A program made the position numbers and the translations under genes. Positions 57,884 through 64,000 of a stretch of DNA of 64,000 nt are shown here, in pieces. Below the pieces are notes generated by a model. That model was not told the DNA's origin. It worked only from the letters and a program-made list of their open reading frames with translations, and made no database searches. Position 1 is the stretch's first letter. Each line of letters opens with the position of its first letter. Source of the stretch: an uncultured Acidobacteriota bacterium (GTDB lineage: Bacteria; Acidobacteriota; JAQAZP01); assembly GCA_963836075.1 (NCBI GenBank), contig CAWIIB010000009.1, positions 2,816,001 to 2,880,000 of the forward strand. The letters are read 5' to 3'.

Positions 57884-59359
57884 ATGAGCCCTCGTTTATC
57901 CACACCTCTGAGAATTTTCAAAAACTTTGCGGTCCGCTTTGTGGGGCGGATTCTGAGCATCGTGATCAGCCTGGTGGTGATGGCCATGCTTGGCCGCTAC
58001 CTGGGGGAAGCGGGGTATGGGGATTACGCGTTCTGGTACAACCTGATCTTCCTCATGCAGCTTTTCGGCGACCTCGGCCTGCAGGTCATCGTCACGCGTG
58101 AAATCGCCCGGGACCGTGAAAACGTCTCCACCTACTTCGGTGACGCGATCATTCTCAAGCTGATGCTCTCCGTGGTCTATATCTTCGGGGTGGGGCTTGC
58201 GGCATTTTTCCTCGTCCCCGAGGCCTCGGTGCCGGTGCTGCTGGTGGTCAGCGTGGCGGCGCTGTTCGGTTCGTCCCAGGACATTTCCATCTGGATCTTC
58301 CGCGGCATCGAGGCGATGGAGTTCGAGGCCCTGCTGATGATCCTGAGCCAGATCTTCTGGCTCGGCTGTGTCTGGCTCTTCATCCGCAACGATCTCGGCC
58401 TGGCCTGGATGGTTGCCGCCCAGATGATTGCCAACATCCTGCGGATGACCATCGGCATCTCCATCGTGCTGGCCAAGGGCATCAGGCCGTCCTTCCGCTT
58501 CCATTGGCCACGGTTCAAGCTTCTGCTCTTCGCGGCACTGCCGGTGGGGGTGACCCTGATGGTCTCGGTGCTGCACAGCTACACCAACATCGCCCTGCTC
58601 AAGTGGCTGGCCCGGCCCGAGGATATCTCGTCCTTCAACGTCGGGATGGTGGTGACCAGCGGTTTCCTTTTTCTCTCCATCACCCTGACCACCTCCTTCT
58701 TTCCCGTCTTTACGCGGTATGTGAAGGAGCAGGACCCGCGTCTGCCGTCGTTTTACGCCCAGATCTCGAAATACCTGGTGATCATTTCGGCTCCGGTCTC
58801 CATCGGCCTGGTCCTGCTCGCGCACCAGATCGTTGAACTGATGTTCAAGAGCGGGTTTACCGATTCCGTGCTCAGCCTGCAGATCCTCAGCGTCACGCTG
58901 ATCTTCCGTTTCTTCAACCGCATGTACCGTTTCGTGTTCCCGGCCAGTGACGCCCAGTTGCGCAGCCTGCGGCACGAGATCGCGGGCATCGTGACCAACC
59001 TCGCCCTGGCCCTGGTGCTCATCCCGAAGTACCAGTTCATCGGCGCCTGCCTGGCTTTCGTTGCCGGCGAGAGCATGCTCTTCCTGCTCAACTACATCTT
59101 CATGTCCCGGCGCATCTCGCCGCTGCCGTTGATGAAGGTTTTGGGAAGGCCCATGCTGGCCAGCCTGGCCATGGGGGTGGTGGTCTGGTTTCTCCGGGAG
59201 GCGAACATCGCCATCGTGCTCATCGCGGCCGGCGTGACCTACGTCGCGTCGCTGTTTCTTTTTCGGGTCCTGTCGGTCAAGGAAATACAGTTCATCAAAG
59301 AGGTCGCCCGCATGGGCAAATCGATGAAGAAGAACAGGGGGCCGGAAGTGAATGGGTAG
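57884..59359 (+). CDS. wzx: Wzx flippase
   Basis: RYLGEAGYGDY, DLGL..IVTREIAR, FFPVF, LIPKYQFIGA; about 14 TM segments. Confidence 0.9.
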   Translation: MSPRLSTPLRIFKNFAVRFVGRILSIVISLVVMAMLGRYLGEAGYGDYAFWYNLIFLMQLFGDLGLQVIVTREIARDRENVSTYFGDAIILKLMLSVVYIFGVGLAAFFLVPEASVPVLLVVSVAALFGSSQDISIWIFRGIEAMEFEALLMILSQIFWLGCVWLFIRNDLGLAWMVAAQMIANILRMTIGISIVLAKGIRPSFRFHWPRFKLLLFAALPVGVTLMVSVLHSYTNIALLKWLARPEDISSFNVGMVVTSGFLFLSITLTTSFFPVFTRYVKEQDPRLPSFYAQISKYLVIISAPVSIGLVLLAHQIVELMFKSGFTDSVLSLQILSVTLIFRFFNRMYRFVFPASDAQLRSLRHEIAGIVTNLALALVLIPKYQFIGACLAFVAGESMLFLLNYIFMSRRISPLPLMKVLGRPMLASLAMGVVVWFLREANIAIVLIAAGVTYVASLFLFRVLSVKEIQFIKEVARMGKSMKKNRGPEVNG

Positions 59360-60839
59360 GTCCCCGAGCATCCTTACGGCGATCACCAGCAGCGCAGTGA
59401 ACAGTGTGCTGCTGCTGCTGATTATTGCACTGGCCGTATCGGTCCTGCTGCTGTTGATCCGGTCCCGGTTCCGGATTCCGGGGAACCAGTTGCTGCTGGC
59501 CGGCCTGGCCATCTTCCTGCCGGTGATGAACCCGTCCAACCTGGGCGCCAAGGCCGGCAGCGGGGGGGGGAGTGTCCTCTCGGTGAACCTCAGCTGTGCC
59601 GACCTGCTGGTGGCCCCGGCGGTGCTCTACATCCTCTACCGTTTGATCAGCCGGGACAAACCGCTGCAGCTCCCGCTGATCGGCATCCTGGCCAGCTATT
59701 TCGTGATGGCCATCGTCTCGCTCTACGTGGGGAGCGTGAAGCTGGAACAGGAGTTTATCAAGGGTTCGCATTTTGTGGACATGGCAAAGGTCATGGCGGT
59801 GATGATCTACTTCTACGTGATCATCAATCTCCTCGATACGATGAAAGATCTGAAGGTGTTTCTCAGGGCCTGGGCCTACACCGCGCCGGTGATCGCGTTG
59901 ATCGGTATCGCCGGGTCACTGCTCTTCCTTCTCTTCCATGTCAGCACCTTTGCCGCCGGGGGGTTCAGGGCCAGCAGCACCCTGGGGAACCCCAACCTGC
60001 TTTCGGGCTACGTGGTGCTCTCCATCTTCATCACGTCGTTGTACATGCAGTTGGGCGGGAAACGCCTGCACTGCAGCCTCTTTATCCTGATCCACCTGAC
60101 GGCACTGACCCTCACTTCCTCCAAGGGCGGCATGCTGGCACTCTGTGCCGGCGGGGCAACATTCTTCCTGCTTACCCCCGAATACCGGCGCAAGATCGTG
60201 GCTGTCCTGGCGCTGGCCCTGCTGGTGATGGTGACGACCTATTTTGTCAGCGACCAGGCCCGTCCGATTTTCGACCGCTTCCTCTCCATCGGGGGGCCGG
60301 AGGAGAGTTCGTCCATCGGCAAGCGGGTGTCGCTCTGGACCGAGTCGCTGGAGGTCTGGGAGGAGAACATTCTGCTCGGGGTGGGGAAGGGCAACTCCCA
60401 CGCCGCCGCCGATGGTGATTCCGAGCCCGTGGTGGGGAGGGGGAAGTGGAAGGACATCCTCACCGACGGGGTTGAGCGGGGCGGCGGGGTCAGCCACTCG
60501 ATCTATGTTTCCATACTCTGTGAGAACGGTCTGATCGGGTTCATTCTCTTCATGGGGATCTTCCTCTATTTTATCATCACCCTGTTCAAAGAAATCTGGG
60601 TCGGCCAGCCGGGCAGCACCGAGGTCGCTGCCCGGGTTTTCCTGCTGGCGGCGCTTCTCGCCTCCCTGGCCCAGGGTACGGTGACCAACGTGGAGGACTT
60701 CAGGGGGCTGTGGGTCCTTCTGGCCCTGATCTGGGTGGTTTCCAAAAAGGTCATGCTCATTCATCCCCGGTCATCGAACCGGAGACCGGTTTCGGAGTCT
60801 TCGCCAAGGCTTCATCACAAGGAGGCGGCTCCCGCTTAG
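59352..60839 (+). CDS. Wzy polymerase / O-antigen ligase family protein
   Basis: RASSTLGNPN, TSSKGG, LLGVGKG, SHSIYVSILCENGLIG. Confidence 0.85.
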   Translation: MGRSPSILTAITSSAVNSVLLLLIIALAVSVLLLLIRSRFRIPGNQLLLAGLAIFLPVMNPSNLGAKAGSGGGSVLSVNLSCADLLVAPAVLYILYRLISRDKPLQLPLIGILASYFVMAIVSLYVGSVKLEQEFIKGSHFVDMAKVMAVMIYFYVIINLLDTMKDLKVFLRAWAYTAPVIALIGIAGSLLFLLFHVSTFAAGGFRASSTLGNPNLLSGYVVLSIFITSLYMQLGGKRLHCSLFILIHLTALTLTSSKGGMLALCAGGATFFLLTPEYRRKIVAVLALALLVMVTTYFVSDQARPIFDRFLSIGGPEESSSIGKRVSLWTESLEVWEENILLGVGKGNSHAAADGDSEPVVGRGKWKDILTDGVERGGGVSHSIYVSILCENGLIGFILFMGIFLYFIITLFKEIWVGQPGSTEVAARVFLLAALLASLAQGTVTNVEDFRGLWVLLALIWVVSKKVMLIHPRSSNRRPVSESSPRLHHKEAAPA

Positions 60840-60862
60840 GAACTGACGAGCTGAGGTTGATC

Positions 60863-63160
60863 ATGCTTAAACATCTCCGAACGACCATGAGCTGGATTCA
60901 GGCGAACTGGCTCGAAGTCCTGCTGCTGGACGTGGCGATCATCGCCATGGCCTGGGTCGGGGCTTTCTGGATACGATTCGACCTGGTCATCGCCCCCCAG
61001 TATGTACGGTGGATGCTCATGGCCCTGCCCGCGGTGATCCTGGTCCGGCTGACCTGCCTCTTTCTCTCCAGGGTCTACTGGGGCGCCATCCGCTTCGCCG
61101 GCGTGGTCGACCTGTGGCGCATCGTGGTGGGGATGACCCTGGGCACGGTGGTCCTGGGGGCCGGTTTCCTGATGTTCGGCATGTGGGGGTTCCCGAGGTC
61201 CATCCTGGTCATCGACTGGCTGCTGGCCCTGCTCGGTATCGGGGGCGTACGGCTCTATTCCCGGCTGATGGGCGAGAAACCGTGGGCCCGGGTCAACAGG
61301 ATGAACCACACCGGTCGCCGGCTGCTGATCGTCGGCGGAGGCCGGAGCGGTGAGATCCTGATTCGCGGGCTGCAGCATCCCAGTCAGCAGCGATTTACCC
61401 CGGTGGGTGTGGTGGATGATGACAAGCATCTTTTGCGCACCCAGATTCACGGAGTCCCGGTCCTGGGAGGCGTGGAGGACATTCCCCACCTGGTCAAGGA
61501 AAAACGGATCAAGGAGATCGTCATCGCCATTCCATCGACCTCGGGCGAGATGCTCTCCCGCATCGTCGACCTCTGCATGGAAGCGGGGCGCAAGCCGAAG
61601 ATCGCCCGGGACATGGGCACCCTGATCCACTCCCACGGCAGCAATGTCGCGATGCGGGATATCCAGGTCGAGGATCTGCTGCGCCGGGAACCGGTGGCCC
61701 TCAATGTGGAAGGTATCGCGAGCTTCATCAGGGGCAAGACCGTCCTGGTCACCGGAGCGGCCGGTTCCATCGGATCGGAGCTCTGCCGGCAGATCATCCG
61801 CTTCGCTCCCCAGCAGCTGATCATGTTCGACCAGCACGAGGAGGGGCTCTACTTCCTCGATATCGAGCTGAAAAAAAATATGGACAACGTGGCGCCGGAC
61901 AGTGCTGTGGTCTGCCTGATCGGCGACATGACCAACCGCAAGACGGTTGAGCGGATGATCGAACAGTACCGTCCCCAGGTGCTTTTCCACGCGGCGGCCT
62001 ACAAACACGTGCCGATGCTGGAGGCCAATCCGGAAGAAGCCGTTCGCAACAATGTCGGCGGCACGGTGATCCTGAGCAGCCTGGCCGCCAAGTATGGCGT
62101 AGAGCGCTTCGTGATGGTCTCCACGGACAAAGCCGTGATGCCCACCAGCATCATGGGTTTGACCAAGCGGCTCTGCGAACTGTTCGTCCTGGCCCTCAAC
62201 GAGCGGACCGATACCCGGTTCATGACCACCCGTTTCGGAAATGTCCTGGGCAGCACCGGCAGCGTCGTGCCCGTGTTCAGGCGCCAGATTCAGGAAGGCG
62301 GGCCGGTGACGGTGACCCATCCGGACATGGTGCGTTATTTCATGACCATTCCCGAGGCGGTCCAGCTGGTGCTCCAGGCGAGCACCATGGGGGAGGGCGG
62401 CGAACTGTTCGTACTGAACATGGGCCAGGAGACCAAGATTGTCGAACTGGCGGAGCAGCTGATCCGGCTTTCCGGTCTGGAACCGTATGAGGATATCCAG
62501 ATCACCTTCACCGGCCTGCGGCCCGGGGAAAAGATGTACGAGCAGTTGTGGGTCGAAGGGGAGATCCCGGTGCCCACCGACCATGACAAGATCTTCACCA
62601 CCCACTCCCACGAGGATCTGTCGGTCGACCTGTTCAAAACGGTCAATGATATCCTGGATGCCGCTGAGCAGTCTGATCGTGGGGAGCTGATGCGCTGCGT
62701 GCTCAAGGTGGTGTCGGACTACCAGCCGGATCTCCACCAGGGGCTGTCGGCGGAGACGCCGTTCAAGCACCAGAGCAAGGTGCTCATCGCCGATGACGAC
62801 CCGGAGCTCCTCACCCTGCTCACCAGGATCCTGGAGGATGACTACGGTGTGATCCCGGCCGACAACGGGGACCTGGCGCTGAAGCGTATCTTCGCCGAGC
62901 TGCCCGACCTGGTCATCCTCGACATCCTGATGCCGGGGCTGAACGGGCACGAGATCTGCGACCGGATCAAGAACCACCCGATCACCCGCAAGGTCCCGGT
63001 AATCATTCTCAGCGGAGTCCGGGAAGTCTCGAGCCGGGTTGCCGGGTACGAAGAGGGGGCGGACCTCTACTTGACCAAGCCGTTCCAGGTCGCCGAACTG
63101 GAAGCCGCCGTAAAGATGCTCCTCGACCAACCGGTGAAGAAGGAACAATCCACCGCCTGA
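60863..63160 (+). CDS. CapD/PglF/WbpM-type UDP-GlcNAc 4,6-dehydratase fused to a C-terminal response-regulator receiver domain
   Basis: 4 TM; TGAAGSIGSE, HAAAYKHVP, STDKAV, RFGNVLGS, GLRPGEK; then VLIADDD...LVILDILMP...ILSG...TKPF. Confidence 0.92.
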   Translation: MLKHLRTTMSWIQANWLEVLLLDVAIIAMAWVGAFWIRFDLVIAPQYVRWMLMALPAVILVRLTCLFLSRVYWGAIRFAGVVDLWRIVVGMTLGTVVLGAGFLMFGMWGFPRSILVIDWLLALLGIGGVRLYSRLMGEKPWARVNRMNHTGRRLLIVGGGRSGEILIRGLQHPSQQRFTPVGVVDDDKHLLRTQIHGVPVLGGVEDIPHLVKEKRIKEIVIAIPSTSGEMLSRIVDLCMEAGRKPKIARDMGTLIHSHGSNVAMRDIQVEDLLRREPVALNVEGIASFIRGKTVLVTGAAGSIGSELCRQIIRFAPQQLIMFDQHEEGLYFLDIELKKNMDNVAPDSAVVCLIGDMTNRKTVERMIEQYRPQVLFHAAAYKHVPMLEANPEEAVRNNVGGTVILSSLAAKYGVERFVMVSTDKAVMPTSIMGLTKRLCELFVLALNERTDTRFMTTRFGNVLGSTGSVVPVFRRQIQEGGPVTVTHPDMVRYFMTIPEAVQLVLQASTMGEGGELFVLNMGQETKIVELAEQLIRLSGLEPYEDIQITFTGLRPGEKMYEQLWVEGEIPVPTDHDKIFTTHSHEDLSVDLFKTVNDILDAAEQSDRGELMRCVLKVVSDYQPDLHQGLSAETPFKHQSKVLIADDDPELLTLLTRILEDDYGVIPADNGDLALKRIFAELPDLVILDILMPGLNGHEICDRIKNHPITRKVPVIILSGVREVSSRVAGYEEGADLYLTKPFQVAELEAAVKMLLDQPVKKEQSTA

Positions 63161-63187
63161 GCGGCCGCGGTGAGGGAGCAATTGCCG

Positions 63188-63574
63188 ATGGCAGGATTTG
63201 TCAAGTACTGGGGTCCCCCACTGGCCTGGGCCACCCTGATTTTTCTGCTCAGTTCCTCGAGCCTGAAGCACGCTCCCGCACTTGACCAGCCGCTGTCGGA
63301 TAAGGCTGCTCATGCGGTCTTTTTCGGCATTCTGTCCCTGCTGCTCTTCCGCGCTTTTCACCGCGTGGCGGCATTCTCCTGGGGCCGGGCGGCTCTGCTG
63401 GCCGTGGTCATCACGTCGCTCTACGGTGCGCTGGATGAGTATCACCAGTCCTTTGTCCCCATGCGGTCACTGGAGCTGGCTGACTGGGTGGCTGACACCA
63501 TGGGAGCGCTTGTGGTGATGGGGATTGTCGCAATCCGTTGCCGGCAGCGCGACACCCGCTTGGGAACTGATTAG
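63188..63574 (+). CDS. VanZ family protein
   Basis: DKAAH..FFG, YGALDEYHQSFVPMR, DWVAD. Confidence 0.9.
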   Translation: MAGFVKYWGPPLAWATLIFLLSSSSLKHAPALDQPLSDKAAHAVFFGILSLLLFRAFHRVAAFSWGRAALLAVVITSLYGALDEYHQSFVPMRSLELADWVADTMGALVVMGIVAIRCRQRDTRLGTD

Positions 63575-63583
63575 TGGAGGCTG

Positions 63584-64000
63584 ATGATGGAAAAACGTCG
63601 AGACACATTTCTCCCCTTTGCCCCGCCATCGCTGGGCGAGGAGGAGGTGGAGGCCGTGGCCGAAACGCTGCGGTCGGGCTGGATCACCACCGGCCCCAAA
63701 ACAAAAGAATTTGAGAAGGCGTTCGCCGAGCGGTTCGGGGCGCCTGACGCCCTGGCACTCAACTCCTGCACCGCCGGCCTGCACATCAGCCTGGTGGCCC
63801 TGGGGATCGGCGCCGGCGACGAGGTCTGTGTCCCGGACATCACCTTCTGTTCCACCGCCAACGTGGTGGTCCACGCGGGGGCTGAACCGGTGCTGGTGGA
63901 CGTGGAGCCGGACACGCTGAATATCGACCCGGACGCCCTGGAGCGTGTGATCACCACCCGTACCCGGGCGGTGATCGCCGTGCACCTTGCCGGGCATCCG
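63584..64000 (+). CDS. DegT/DnrJ/EryC1/StrS aminotransferase, partial (runs off the window)
   Basis: Translated by hand: MMEKRRDTFLPFAPPSLGEEEVEAVAETLRSGWITTGP..NSCTAGLH..GDEV..TFCSTAN..VHLAG; GGAGG RBS. Confidence 0.92.
   Translation, partial: MMEKRRDTFLPFAPPSLGEEEVEAVAETLRSGWITTGPKTKEFEKAFAERFGAPDALALNSCTAGLHISLVALGIGAGDEVCVPDITFCSTANVVVHAGAEPVLVDVEPDTLNIDPDALERVITTRTRAVIAVHLAGHP

Overview
GC-rich bacterial chromosomal window. The gene content suggests an uncultured Acidobacteriota-like or deltaproteobacterial-like heterotroph (inference only). I found no rRNA, tRNA, CRISPR array, integrase or transposase. Housekeeping and catabolic genes include class I fumarase, Dcp, an M29 aminopeptidase, PepD, tricorn protease, RadC, LsrF plus a Zn-dehydrogenase, an exported TldD/TldE pair, a GH5 mannanase and a VPS10/BNR hydrolase. 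The window also holds a two-antiporter + PTS-EIIA + PII-like operon and the start of a Wzy-dependent polysaccharide locus. Main observations: (1) five unrelated secreted proteins carry one of two shared, swappable modules, either a ~120-aa domain ending DV(T/S)PxP(F/Y)NxPP(Y/F) (3 copies) or a 6-repeat FG-GAP-like propeller (2 copies), suggesting an undescribed lineage-specific sorting or surface-attachment system; (2) a sigma54 activator fused to a degenerate GGDEF with intact I-site lies divergent to an active diguanylate cyclase, with candidate UAS repeats and a -24/-12 promoter between them; (3) a CapD/PglF dehydratase is fused to an intact receiver domain, near a BY-kinase that lacks its Tyr cluster; (4) a 163-bp duplication of the fumA 5' end flanks a 3.4-kb segment. 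All calls come from reading motifs by eye, without database searches.
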